Below the pieces are notes generated by a model. The model ran no database searches and had not been told where the DNA came from. It saw only the letters and a list, made by a program, of their open reading frames with translations. Position numbers and translations under genes: made by a program. A stretch of DNA of 64,000 nucleotides. Origin: a virus (lineage: Duplodnaviria; Heunggongvirae; Uroviricota; Caudoviricetes). The stretch lies in the IMG/VR virus record IMGVR_UViG_2744054576_000007, positions 1 through 64,000 of that record, one strand, 5' to 3'. Shown here piece after piece: positions 1-9,089 of this stretch (positions within the stretch are counted from its first letter, which is position 1; each line of letters starts with the position of its first letter).

Positions 1-522
1 TTATTTAATAATTCCAACGCTTTTAATGACGAAGTACCCAATGAGTTGCATTATAGTTTTGACAATAGCTTGACCAAGAATAGCATACATTACTGCATTC
101 CAAGGAATTAATCCTGCACCTAATGGAGACAAACCGACTAATACAAATAATCCAGAATCAATAAGTCCCCCTACTGTTCCACTAACGAGAACCTTCTTTT
201 GAAATGATCCATTCAATCTGGTGAACACTTCTGTATCGAATGCTTCAGAAAAAATAAAAGTTGCTGCACTTGCAAAAACAATCCATAACGTATCTCCAAG
301 GAACCATGAAGATAACGCAGATAAAGCCAAGGCCAAAACAATAATTAGGTAAGTCTTCTTCCTTCCATATTTCTTTTGCACAAGATCTCTAAATATGAAT
401 GTCACTCCAATAAAAAGTGTTCCCATTGGAACGATAAACTTCCATAGAGTGATTGGAGCGAAACTAGCAGTTACTACGTTTGCAATAATAATTCCTGCAA
501 TATAAAGAATAATTCTAACCAT
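1..522 (-). CDS. yhhQ: YhhQ/DUF165-family queuosine-precursor (preQ0/preQ1) transporter
   Basis: 173-aa polytopic membrane protein. F-x3-RDL-x5-G and VF-x-RL...D motifs align with E. coli YhhQ. Complete ORF with ATG start. Confidence 0.6.
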   Translation of the reverse strand: MVRIILYIAGIIIANVVTASFAPITLWKFIVPMGTLFIGVTFIFRDLVQKKYGRKKTYLIIVLALALSALSSWFLGDTLWIVFASAATFIFSEAFDTEVFTRLNGSFQKKVLVSGTVGGLIDSGLFVLVGLSPLGAGLIPWNAVMYAILGQAIVKTIMQLIGYFVIKSVGIIK

Positions 523-531
523 ATTCCCTCC

Positions 532-1344
532 CTAGATTTTTTCAATAATTCTTGCAGCTTTACGACTGTTGCTCTGCATCAAATCTACTGGATGATAGTC
601 TATATATTTTTGCTCTTTTTTAAATACTTTAGTCCATTTTTCTTGTTCTTCGTCTACTACGTTCCCCATTGTAGACATCAATTCAAAAGCTGAGGTATCA
701 CAGCTTATATTTAATTCTTCGACTGTAATTCCTGTTAATTGTAACAACTCTTTAATGTTTGCTATTTCTTTTAGCACACTGAATGTTCCCACTCCAAAAA
801 TATGTATGTCCTTAATGTTGCTATTATAAATAACTGGCAAACCGATCTTAATTGTATCGAGTAGCTTGTATTTGGTTTCATTTATTCTTCCTGACATCGC
901 TACTCCTCCAAGTCCGATACAATCTTCTGGAGATGCGATCTTCAGAGTTTCTGTAAGACAATGGATGTAATCCCTTGTTGTAATTCCTTGCACCATAAGT
1001 ACAAGTTGTCTTGGTTTTAATTTTTCTCGCATAGAGACAAGATACTTGTTAGCTTTAATAGTTTCTTCGACGTTTCCTATATGATCATAAGATACGATTC
1101 GCTCACTAACCATCCCGATTTTCTTTTCAAGGTTCAACTGCCGTTCAAGTGCTTTCTCAAAACTAACTCGACTATTTTTATCGGTGTCTTGGAATGCTCC
1201 ACTATCCATAAGTATCTTTGTGGATGGATTTTTAATACTAACGCTTCTATATTTGGGATTAAGGCACACACATTCTGTAACAAACTCTGTATTTAGTTCC
1301 TTGGTATTTAACTTATCATGACACTTCGATAAATAAAGTTTCAA
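532..1344 (-). CDS. dpdA: DpdA-like DNA-guanine transglycosylase (TGT family), 7-deazaguanine DNA modification
   Basis: 270 aa with the TGT catalytic motif LMDSGAFQ (DSGGFQ-like). Size and fold pattern match phage DpdA. Lies next to the preQ0 transporter. Confidence 0.6.
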   Translation of the reverse strand: MKLYLSKCHDKLNTKELNTEFVTECVCLNPKYRSVSIKNPSTKILMDSGAFQDTDKNSRVSFEKALERQLNLEKKIGMVSERIVSYDHIGNVEETIKANKYLVSMREKLKPRQLVLMVQGITTRDYIHCLTETLKIASPEDCIGLGGVAMSGRINETKYKLLDTIKIGLPVIYNSNIKDIHIFGVGTFSVLKEIANIKELLQLTGITVEELNISCDTSAFELMSTMGNVVDEEQEKWTKVFKKEQKYIDYHPVDLMQSNSRKAARIIEKI

Positions 1345-1389
1345 CTATTCACTCTCCAATGATGTTTACATTATAAAATGCGGCTTTTA

Positions 1390-1830
1390 CTAATTAAGCA
1401 ATGATTCAATCTCACTAATTTCAAGTTCAACCTTTTTGTCATTTGAGAGAAGCTTATCAAGCTTTGATTCCATTGCTTTAAGCTTCTGTTCCTCTTCTTT
1501 TCTAGACATAAAGTCAAGCTTAGACTTCAGATCGTCAATCCATTCCGCTACATTAAAACCGCTAATAGTGTAATTATGTAATAGTCCCAAATCGTCTGCC
1601 GACATAGCATATGAATTAAGCTTTACCATCAAAGAGATGATTTGCTCTTTCGTTAGCACTTGGATGTTGTATCTGATCCCATCCAACTCAATTGAACAAT
1701 TCGTTACTGGAGTAAACTTTTTCGACTTACTAATCTGTTTCTTTTTGGTTTCAATCTGTTTTTTAAGTTCCAGGATCTTTTGATCATTGTTATTTGTCAT
1801 TCTAATTAACCCTCCGATATATTTTTCCAT
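1390..1830 (-). CDS. hypothetical coiled-coil protein
   Basis: 146-aa ORF in the co-directional minus-strand array. Predicted helical. No recognisable domain. Confidence 0.4.
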   Translation of the reverse strand: MEKYIGGLIRMTNNNDQKILELKKQIETKKKQISKSKKFTPVTNCSIELDGIRYNIQVLTKEQIISLMVKLNSYAMSADDLGLLHNYTISGFNVAEWIDDLKSKLDFMSRKEEEQKLKAMESKLDKLLSNDKKVELEISEIESLLN

Positions 1831-2926
1831 TCTCTAAATATTCGTTTTTATAAACTGGTGAATATTGATTAAAAACCTTTGTGATATCGCCAATATATAT
1901 CTTCTCGTAATCCATCTTTTCTTTAATCCATTTTCCAGTGTTGTAAAACTGTTTAGAATTTATATCATAGTAGATTGTTTCCCGCTTATCAGGACTAGAG
2001 TATAATTTGAATTCGCTACCCCAATGACTATCTCTAAATTTTTTACTGTTCACGTGGTTTTCAAATTCCTGAAAAGGAAACTTAACCCATTCATCTTTTG
2101 ATTCATCTCTGTGGGAATATTCTGTTTGTCGTTCTAGCCAGTCAAATAAATCAGAATAATTACTTACACATTCGCTAGATACAACATCAATAAATTTTTC
2201 TCCAAGAGATTTTAGAGTTAGTAAAGACTTATATTTTTCGCCCCAACTATACTCTGCTTCTCTGACAAAGAAATGATATTTCCCCTTTGAAATTTTGTGA
2301 TATGTATATTTATATTGTGGCCTATTCCAATAATCGTTCGATCTACCGTCTTCAACTCTCTCCGATTTTGTATCTTTTGAATCAAATCTCCCCATATAAA
2401 TCCACTCTTGATTGTCTTTTGTTTTATATGTAGCACCGATGATCAAGTCTTTTGTTTTAACAAAATTCTTATCTTGCAAAATCTTATTAAAAGAGTTAAT
2501 TTCGTGATAGTCAGGTGAACCAATAGGCAGCAATACTAATTCTTTTCCATCCCAACCATAAACAAATTCACCTTCCAAACCTTTACCTTTAATAGAGTTG
2601 GTATTTTCTAATATATATAGTAAGTTGAAAACACTAATTTCAAATTCAAAATCTCTTGGGTCATACACTCTTATGTAGGTTTGGCGGTGATTCCAACCAC
2701 TTGAATATCCGCCGGCTTTCTTATTTAACACAAAGCCTGATGTTGGGACATTTGATAACGATAAATCGGGAATATCTTTATTCCTCCAACTGTTCCATGA
2801 AGCTTCTTTCCTTAAAACGCCTTTATGATCATAATAAATTACATAAGCTAATTTCTTAGTGTATGTATCATCTCTGTTTTGGAAGCCAACTTTAAGTGTC
2901 TCAGGAATGATAATATTAGATTTCAT
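1802..2926 (-). CDS. hypothetical protein (374 aa)
   Basis: Long uninterrupted ORF. No diagnostic motif recognised. Confidence 0.5.
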   Translation of the reverse strand: MKSNIIIPETLKVGFQNRDDTYTKKLAYVIYYDHKGVLRKEASWNSWRNKDIPDLSLSNVPTSGFVLNKKAGGYSSGWNHRQTYIRVYDPRDFEFEISVFNLLYILENTNSIKGKGLEGEFVYGWDGKELVLLPIGSPDYHEINSFNKILQDKNFVKTKDLIIGATYKTKDNQEWIYMGRFDSKDTKSERVEDGRSNDYWNRPQYKYTYHKISKGKYHFFVREAEYSWGEKYKSLLTLKSLGEKFIDVVSSECVSNYSDLFDWLERQTEYSHRDESKDEWVKFPFQEFENHVNSKKFRDSHWGSEFKLYSSPDKRETIYYDINSKQFYNTGKWIKEKMDYEKIYIGDITKVFNQYSPVYKNEYLENGKIYRRVN

Positions 2927-2937
2927 CTATTTCTCCT

Positions 2938-3252
2938 TTACTGTTTAATGCGTCTTACCTCAATAAGTTTTTTGTTCCATGGTTCCGAAGATATAGCTGA
3001 ACTTTTAACGCCGTTATGTCCAACATGAATAAATTTATCTTCATCCAGTGCAATCCCATAATAAAACGAAGGGTCGAAACTAAAAATCAGTAAATCTCCT
3101 TTTTTAATCTCCGATTTATCCACTTCTTCCCCAGTCTCCAAGTGGTCATCTTCTGGCATAGGAAGACCATATGCGCTAAAAGACATAGCAATAAATTCTT
3201 TGTTTGAATCCCATACAGAGCTGCTCACAATAAAATCATTGTAATTCTCCAT
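2938..3252 (-). CDS. hypothetical protein with NlpC/P60-like C-terminal motif
   Basis: 104 aa. GDLLIF...FIHVGHNG resembles the C-terminal half of NlpC/P60, but the catalytic Cys region is absent. Confidence 0.35.
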   Translation of the reverse strand: MENYNDFIVSSSVWDSNKEFIAMSFSAYGLPMPEDDHLETGEEVDKSEIKKGDLLIFSFDPSFYYGIALDEDKFIHVGHNGVKSSAISSEPWNKKLIEVRRIKQ

Positions 3253-3290
3253 TGCCGACCTCCTTCCTTTATTTTGATCAAATACGCCTT

Positions 3291-3854
3291 TTACCGAACG
3301 CTATTGAGGTATTTTTTAATAAACTCAATTAATGAATCTACATCTTGCTCTGTAGTATTTTCATTGATAATAAAGCGATCAATAGCAATGTATTTGCTGT
3401 AATCTCCACTACCATAATATTCATCAGCAACAATGATTTTTAATTGGAGGTTGTCTGTGATCTTCAATAAATGAACGTCGCTGCCTTCCATAATAGGAAA
3501 ATCAATTTCACGTTTATCAATATTATTTTCTTGGATATATTCATTGATAACATACAAAACATCTTCACTTTCATTCTCATTAAAAACCGAATCATAATTG
3601 GGCAATTTGCTTATAAAGTAGGTACTAAGCTTTTTGTTTAGGTCTGTCCTATTTCTTTCAATTATATTATCCATAGAAGCAACCAATCCCTCGTTCTCTG
3701 CCTCTCGCACATAATACCAATCTGCGTATTTCTTCATGATTACATTCTCCTTATCTTTATAAAATCTCACTTTTACGTAGTTAATCTCCAATATTACTAA
3801 GAACAGATTCGATTTCTGCAACAAGTGAATTAGTTTCTTCAATCGCGTCTGCAT
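3291..3854 (-). CDS. hypothetical protein
   Basis: 187-aa ORF in the array. Confidence 0.45.
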   Translation of the reverse strand: MQTRLKKLIHLLQKSNLFLVILEINYVKVRFYKDKENVIMKKYADWYYVREAENEGLVASMDNIIERNRTDLNKKLSTYFISKLPNYDSVFNENESEDVLYVINEYIQENNIDKREIDFPIMEGSDVHLLKITDNLQLKIIVADEYYGSGDYSKYIAIDRFIINENTTEQDVDSLIEFIKKYLNSVR

Positions 3855-3969
3855 TAAAACTCATGTCACCAGCGATAGAATCCATCCATTCCTCCAGATC
3901 CTCTTTGGCTAACTTAAGCAATCTTAAAAGATTTTTTTGTTGGTCTATGATTTCCACACTTTTCTCCCC

Positions 3970-4422
3970 CTATGCCCAATATGAGATTGCATCTTCAAAC
4001 TTAATCCAAAATGTTTCTTCGAGTTCTTCATCTGTTTCAATATTGTAGAACTGAATAAGCATATCATTCCGATGATCTTCTTTAACCACAAATCCTTCTG
4101 GATGTGGAACCCAACCGTCTGGAGGGGTAATACTCAGCTCCTTCAATTTTTCCATTGTCTTTTCAAGCGTCCAAGTTAGTTCACAAACAAATCCAGTGTA
4201 ATCTTTGTTTTGGTTGTAGCCATAATTTCTTTCAGCCATTTTGTTTGTCTCCTCTTCGATAATAGGTTTGTAATTTTCAATCAACTCTTCCTCTGTCATT
4301 GCGGGCGTACTAAGTGCTTTTGCACCTACTGGAGACAACTTATACATTGTGACTATTTCTGATACCTCAAGTCGCTGTCCTGTTGATATCAATTTAAACC
4401 GATCTCCCATATTAATAGACAT
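3970..4422 (-). CDS. hypothetical protein
   Basis: 150-aa ORF in the array. Confidence 0.45.
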   Translation of the reverse strand: MSINMGDRFKLISTGQRLEVSEIVTMYKLSPVGAKALSTPAMTEEELIENYKPIIEEETNKMAERNYGYNQNKDYTGFVCELTWTLEKTMEKLKELSITPPDGWVPHPEGFVVKEDHRNDMLIQFYNIETDEELEETFWIKFEDAISYWA

Positions 4423-4467
4423 CGCTCATACTCCTTTCTTTATCAAATATATCTTTTACATGTTTAT

Positions 4468-5307
4468 TTATTTGGTGCTTGCAGTGGGTAATTGTACAAT
4501 TGGTGTATTAGATCCACTTACTTGAGGCAAAGTCCCATTCCACTTCTTCACTGTCTCATATTGAACCAGTTCGTTAGTTAACGATTGGCGAATAACTTGG
4601 TTTGCTTTTGCCTGTCCTTCTGCTTCAATCAACACTGAGTCGGCTTTACCTTTAGCTTCTTCGCGTTGTTTTTGGGCGACGACTTTAGCTTTTTCCAGCT
4701 CTACTTTTTCCTGTTCTAGTTTTTGTTGTGCATCTACTTTAGCCTGAATTGCTTTCTGCGTTTGTTCGTCTGGAACTGGTGGTGTAAAGGTGACTGCTTC
4801 GACAATGAAGCCAATTCCTTTTGCGTCCTCAGCAAATTTCTCCTGAATCCCCATCGATACTTCAGAACTTTTTTCACCTAGAATTTCAAGAACCGTATAT
4901 TTAGTCGTTACTTCTTTAGCCATTTCAGTTAATCGGGACTTTAAAAATCCATTTTCAATCACCTCTGAATTAGCCCCTCTGAATTTGTTGAAAATATCAG
5001 GCAGCTTAGTCGGCTCAATATGGTAGTTGTATTGAAAAGTAGTTTTAATTGGCTTGCCATCTTTTGTACCGATAGTTACATCTTCATATTTAACCGTTTC
5101 AGTCGCAATTGGATATTCAGTTACACGTTTAAATGGCGAAACTAAATGCCAGCCTTGACCCAATGTTTGTTGCTCTAATCCACCATTTCGGTTATAGACT
5201 ACACCAGCATGACCAGCACCGATTGTAGTAACAAAAAAAGGAGTTAAAATAGCCCCAAACAAAATAATACCGCCTGTAACAAACGCGCCAATTTTAAAGT
5301 TATTCAT
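4468..5307 (-). CDS. SPFH/Band-7 (prohibitin/HflC-like) domain membrane protein
   Basis: N-terminal TM segment followed by an SPFH-like core and a long Ala/Gln/Glu/Lys-rich coiled-coil tail. Confidence 0.6.
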   Translation of the reverse strand: MNNFKIGAFVTGGIILFGAILTPFFVTTIGAGHAGVVYNRNGGLEQQTLGQGWHLVSPFKRVTEYPIATETVKYEDVTIGTKDGKPIKTTFQYNYHIEPTKLPDIFNKFRGANSEVIENGFLKSRLTEMAKEVTTKYTVLEILGEKSSEVSMGIQEKFAEDAKGIGFIVEAVTFTPPVPDEQTQKAIQAKVDAQQKLEQEKVELEKAKVVAQKQREEAKGKADSVLIEAEGQAKANQVIRQSLTNELVQYETVKKWNGTLPQVSGSNTPIVQLPTASTK

Positions 5308-5443
5308 TTTCTTCCTCCTGATTTTTAAATAGTTTTTTGATTTTATTTACCTTTGATCCAACTGCATTAAAAATTGGATTAAGTAAAAGCCACATTATAA
5401 ACAACAGCATCGCAAGGATAATAATCCCACCAATTAATGGCAT
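5300..5443 (-). CDS. small single-TM membrane protein (47 aa) coupled to the SPFH gene
   Basis: Not in the ORF track (<60 aa). ATG preceded by AGAAGGAAGA 7 nt upstream. Stop overlaps the SPFH start (ATGAATAA). Sequence MPLIGGIIILAMLLFIMWLLLNPIF... Confidence 0.45.
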   Translation of the reverse strand: MPLIGGIIILAMLLFIMWLLLNPIFNAVGSKVNKIKKLFKNQEEENE

Positions 5444-5610
5444 CTTATGGTCTTCCTTCTCTATGTATATTGACTAACCTCACCCACATCGAGATTTTTT
5501 CACTTGTTAGTCATGTGCAGTCCCCACTATCGTCGGCTTTCCATCTCAGTACAAGCCAACACTCCTAGTTGATTGCATCGCCCAGTTTATTGTTTTACAA
5601 ACTCCAATTG

Positions 5611-6018
5611 CTATTCAAAGAAAATACTATACAAAAAATATGTAATGTAAATTGTATCAATTGGATAAAGAATTTTATTCAGCAAGACTCTTCTTATGGG
5701 TTTACGATTATATGTATATAATATTAAGTGAACGCCGTTAATTAGTTTTAGCAGGAATTGTAAGATGCCATATGCCAATAAATATTCATTTGCTGAAAAA
5801 TATATTGCTGATGAAAAATAGAATGTCAGAGGGATTGTCCCAACTACGAAAGTAATAATTAAAAATAACCAGTTAGGATTTGGGATGAGTGAATCTAAAA
5901 CATTCATCGATTCATTTAATTTTTGTTGTGATATTTCTTTGGGTTCAAGCCATCTTTTATAACCGTAAACATTCGAAAAAAGCATAACCAATCCTAGCAA
6001 CATACAAGTTACAGTCAT
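5611..6018 (-). CDS. integral membrane protein
   Basis: 135 aa with about 4 predicted TM helices. Sits upstream of the small-TM/SPFH pair. Confidence 0.45.
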   Translation of the reverse strand: MTVTCMLLGLVMLFSNVYGYKRWLEPKEISQQKLNESMNVLDSLIPNPNWLFLIITFVVGTIPLTFYFSSAIYFSANEYLLAYGILQFLLKLINGVHLILYTYNRKPIRRVLLNKILYPIDTIYITYFLYSIFFE

Positions 6019-6061
6019 AAAAAAACCTCTCTGGTTTTATTTTTTGTGTAAAAGCATTATT

Positions 6062-7018
6062 TTATAAACAATCAAGGCGCATGTTTGCTATTTCAATGTA
6101 TTTTGGTTCTGTCTCAAAACTTAAGAATTTTCTATTCAGTGTTTTTGCACTAACACATTCTGAACCACTGCCACAGAACGGAATTAAGACTACATCACTT
6201 TCGTTGCTACTTGCTTTAATAATCCGTTCACAAAGTTCTAAGGGCTTTTGGGTGCTATGTCCGTACTTTTCATCTTTATAGAAATCAATATCCCATACGT
6301 CAGTTACACCTTGCGGTAGGTTGAATTTGATTCTATTTGATTGATACAACTCCTTAAGTTCATTCCAAGTCTTTTCAAAGGTACAGCCTACATCAACTAG
6401 TTGATTATATTTTTCCTCTGTAATAAAGGCTGGCTGCGATTTATCTCTAAAATAGTGACCAGCAATGCCTGAATTTTTATGATGTCCCCAAACCTTGTTT
6501 ATATCTTTCATTTTCAAACCAAGAGGCTCAACACCTTTTGTTAAAAATTCGTGAATTGGGTCAATAATACTTGTTCCGTCTTTTAATCTGCCTACCGTAT
6601 CTTGTTTTGTTAAAACCCAAACGTACTCTGTCGCCGTTGGAAACATTTTCAATTTACTTGAAGTACGACCTGCTATAGACTTTACTCCTTTGTGTATTGT
6701 AATGTTTTGCCTAAGAAAAAATTGCTCTTCTACAATGTCATATAGGGGTATCATATTGAGAAACCATCCATAAAGGTATAGGGTTCCATTCACTTTCAAT
6801 ACTCTTTTGTATTCTTTTATGTTTAACAACATCCATTCTTTAAACTTGGAATAGTCATTCCTCCACTGATTATCCCAAGTGTCTTTAACTACTCCAAAGT
6901 AGGGGGGATCTGCTATAATCAAATCAATACTGTTATCGGGTACCATTTTTAATCCCTCTAGCGTATCTCGTTGATAAATACGGTTCAATTCTAAACTACC
7001 AAGTAATTCTTTGTTCAA
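6062..7018 (-). CDS. DNA N6-adenine/N4-cytosine methyltransferase, beta class (motif IV DPPY before motif I FCGSGS)
   Basis: IIADPPY near the N-terminus and PFCGSGS near the C-terminus give the IV-to-I order of beta-class amino-MTases (PF01555-like). Confidence 0.8.
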   Translation of the reverse strand: MNKELLGSLELNRIYQRDTLEGLKMVPDNSIDLIIADPPYFGVVKDTWDNQWRNDYSKFKEWMLLNIKEYKRVLKVNGTLYLYGWFLNMIPLYDIVEEQFFLRQNITIHKGVKSIAGRTSSKLKMFPTATEYVWVLTKQDTVGRLKDGTSIIDPIHEFLTKGVEPLGLKMKDINKVWGHHKNSGIAGHYFRDKSQPAFITEEKYNQLVDVGCTFEKTWNELKELYQSNRIKFNLPQGVTDVWDIDFYKDEKYGHSTQKPLELCERIIKASSNESDVVLIPFCGSGSECVSAKTLNRKFLSFETEPKYIEIANMRLDCL

Positions 7019-7161
7019 TTAAAAAATCTCCAATCTTTTTTTATAAAACCACTATTTTATTAAAAGTGGTGACTGGTATTATTATTCTTTTCTAAAGCCC
7101 TAATGAATGTTATGATCAAACTAGACATCTATCTTATAAATTATCTTAGTGAGGCAGTCCC

Positions 7162-7905
7162 ATGGCAAAAATTTCGCAAACTCAAGAAGTAATTAAAGTA
7201 ATGGAATCTAACGGTGGATATTCGACTCTAATGAATCTTTATCAAGCAGTTGATTTCACTCTTTGGAAGACAAAGACACCAGATGCAACAATAAGAAGAA
7301 TTGTTCAAGACCAAAGACACTTTTTTAAAATAAGACCTGGACTTTGGGCCTTGAAAGAATTTAGAAATAAGTTACCGAAAGATGTCCTTAATCTAATTGA
7401 TGATGGAAACCAAACAGTAGATTCAATACTAGATATACATTCTTACAATCAAGGAGTTTTAATTAGCTCTGGAAACTTGATGGGCTTTAAAACTTATGTT
7501 CCTGCTCAAGATAAGAATCGTAAATACTTGGGTGAATATTTAGGTAATATAGCAACTTTGTCCTCAATTCCATTGTTTACATACGAAGCAATTTTAAAAC
7601 GAATCAGAACAATCGATGTGATATGGTTTGAGAATAATGTTCTAACTCCATTTCCAAACAAAGTATTTGAGGTTGAAAACTCTACAGACTTTATAAAGTC
7701 ATTTAACAAGTTCAACGAACTGAAATATTTTGCTGTGGAAAAGATTATTGTTGCTCCCGACTACAAGAAAAAACAGTTTGAAGATACAATCAATTGGGAC
7801 ATCTACAAAGAGCTTAAACAAAGCGTTAAGTTTTGGGATTATGATGTGCTTGAACAATCTTATGTGTATTACGCAAAAAGCAAGTTTAACTCATTGTTTT
7901 ATTAA
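7162..7905 (+). CDS. wHTH (Mrr_N/HARE-like) protein with possible PD-(D/E)xK core; candidate restriction endonuclease
   Basis: 247-aa plus-strand ORF between two MTase genes. N-terminal TPDATIRRIVQDQRHFFKIRPGLWAL resembles the Mrr N-terminal winged helix. C-terminal IDVIWFENN...VFEVENSTDFIK is PD-(D/E)xK-like. GAGG ribosome-binding site. Confidence 0.4.
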   Translation: MAKISQTQEVIKVMESNGGYSTLMNLYQAVDFTLWKTKTPDATIRRIVQDQRHFFKIRPGLWALKEFRNKLPKDVLNLIDDGNQTVDSILDIHSYNQGVLISSGNLMGFKTYVPAQDKNRKYLGEYLGNIATLSSIPLFTYEAILKRIRTIDVIWFENNVLTPFPNKVFEVENSTDFIKSFNKFNELKYFAVEKIIVAPDYKKKQFEDTINWDIYKELKQSVKFWDYDVLEQSYVYYAKSKFNSLFY

Positions 7906-7915
7906 GTTCTATGTA

Positions 7916-8713
7916 TTAATAATTTGTGATTAAAACTTCAAGTGAAGAGTTGTCTCCTCTGTCTTTAGTTTGATAATTGCAGTTTTTATATGTGTTTTTT
8001 AATTCGTGTACTTTGTATTTTTTTGACCATTCTTTTAAAATATTATTATTCTTACCTTTATGTATGAGCACATTTGATAAAGCAAACTTAACTTTCTGTA
8101 AGTTTAGGTAGTCAAGCGTATATAAAAGATCGTGCTCGTCTTTTTCTGTCCATCCACCCTGTTCGTTATATGAGGCTGTTGTAATGAGATAAGGTGGGTC
8201 ACAATATACAAAATCGTCAGCGGTTAATTTCTCTGCCTTGTAATCTCTAAAATCATTATATTTAAATTCTATATTTTTATTTTTTAAGGCATCCACAAAT
8301 GCTATGAACTTACACCTTAGCGAAGCATTAAAACTACTTCTATCCTTTCCGAATGGCATATTGTATTCCCCTTTTGAATTGAAACGAATTTGATTGTTAA
8401 AAGAATGCACTAAAAGAGAATAGAACATGTACCATTGTTTGTTTCCACTATTGTAATCCGTTCTTAGTTTTAGGAAGCCTTCTCGATTGGTTTTTGAAAG
8501 ATTATATCCTTCAATAATGTTATCAATTTTCATAAGCAAATCATTGCTACTATGTTCTTTGAATTGGTTAAATAATTCAATGACTGCTTTGTCTTTGTCA
8601 TTACAAATAATTCTTTTAGCTTCGACATTTATCCCTACGTTACAGCCACCTGTAAACATATCAACAAAGGTATTTATTTTTTTGGGAAACAACGGAACCA
8701 ACTGAGGCAACAA
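7916..8713 (-). CDS. Dam-like DNA N6-adenine methyltransferase (alpha class, D12 family)
   Basis: N-terminal FTGGCNVG (motif I) and CDPPY (motif IV) in Dam order. 265 aa. Confidence 0.8.
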   Translation of the reverse strand: MLPQLVPLFPKKINTFVDMFTGGCNVGINVEAKRIICNDKDKAVIELFNQFKEHSSNDLLMKIDNIIEGYNLSKTNREGFLKLRTDYNSGNKQWYMFYSLLVHSFNNQIRFNSKGEYNMPFGKDRSSFNASLRCKFIAFVDALKNKNIEFKYNDFRDYKAEKLTADDFVYCDPPYLITTASYNEQGGWTEKDEHDLLYTLDYLNLQKVKFALSNVLIHKGKNNNILKEWSKKYKVHELKNTYKNCNYQTKDRGDNSSLEVLITNY

Positions 8714-8845
8714 CTTATATTTTCCTCCAACATAATTTAGTGGCGACTTGATGTACTCACTCTTAATACTAACAACTCCTTATTATTCTTAATTCTAAAT
8801 CAAACTTGTATTTGATCGTAATTTTTGCTCACAATTCTTCACCCT

Positions 8846-9085
8846 TTAAATTGTTCTACAACCTTTGTGATATTGTTTACCTCTATACTTAAATCGAGCG
8901 ATAAACGTCTTGATAAGCAGCAATCCTTCATTAACCCTCTCTACAACTATTACTCCAAATTTAGTCTTCCAGCTAATCTTTCCCACAATATTAGGAATGG
9001 CAGCCACCTCTTTAATGAGGCGACCCACTCCAACATTACTTTGCTCACATCTTGTTCTCGCATGATCGGAGATCTTGATTCTCAT
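8846..9085 (-). CDS. hypothetical basic protein
   Basis: 79-aa ORF. Overlaps an antisense ORF that is probably spurious. Confidence 0.35.
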   Translation of the reverse strand: MRIKISDHARTRCEQSNVGVGRLIKEVAAIPNIVGKISWKTKFGVIVVERVNEGLLLIKTFIARFKYRGKQYHKGCRTI

Positions 9086-9089
9086 AAAA

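Noticed and set aside
1081-1296. Plus-strand ORFs embedded antisense within longer minus-strand genes (for example 1081-1296, 2656-2859, 6081-6281, 9894-10094, 17479-17766, 17878-18213, 19957-20430, 24017-24208, 32040-32237, 34033-34350, 45411-45836, 46284-46742, 59544-59921, 62526-62843, 63639-63935).
   Set aside because: All lie in alternative frames of well-supported minus-strand genes. They have Leu/Ser/Phe-rich low-complexity translations typical of antisense AT-rich DNA and lack ribosome-binding sites. Treated as spurious.
2218-2436. Minus-strand ORFs nested in other frames of larger minus-strand genes (2218-2436, 29548-29823, 38226-38411, 42966-43181).
   Set aside because: Fully contained within, or largely overlapping, longer ORFs that have recognisable domains or better coding features.
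5444-5610. GC-elevated 165-nt intergenic segment; checked for riboswitch-like (for example preQ1) features given the queuosine-precursor context.
   Set aside because: No match to the short preQ1-I/II consensus could be recognised by eye, and no convincing conserved stem architecture. Left as an unexplained leader.
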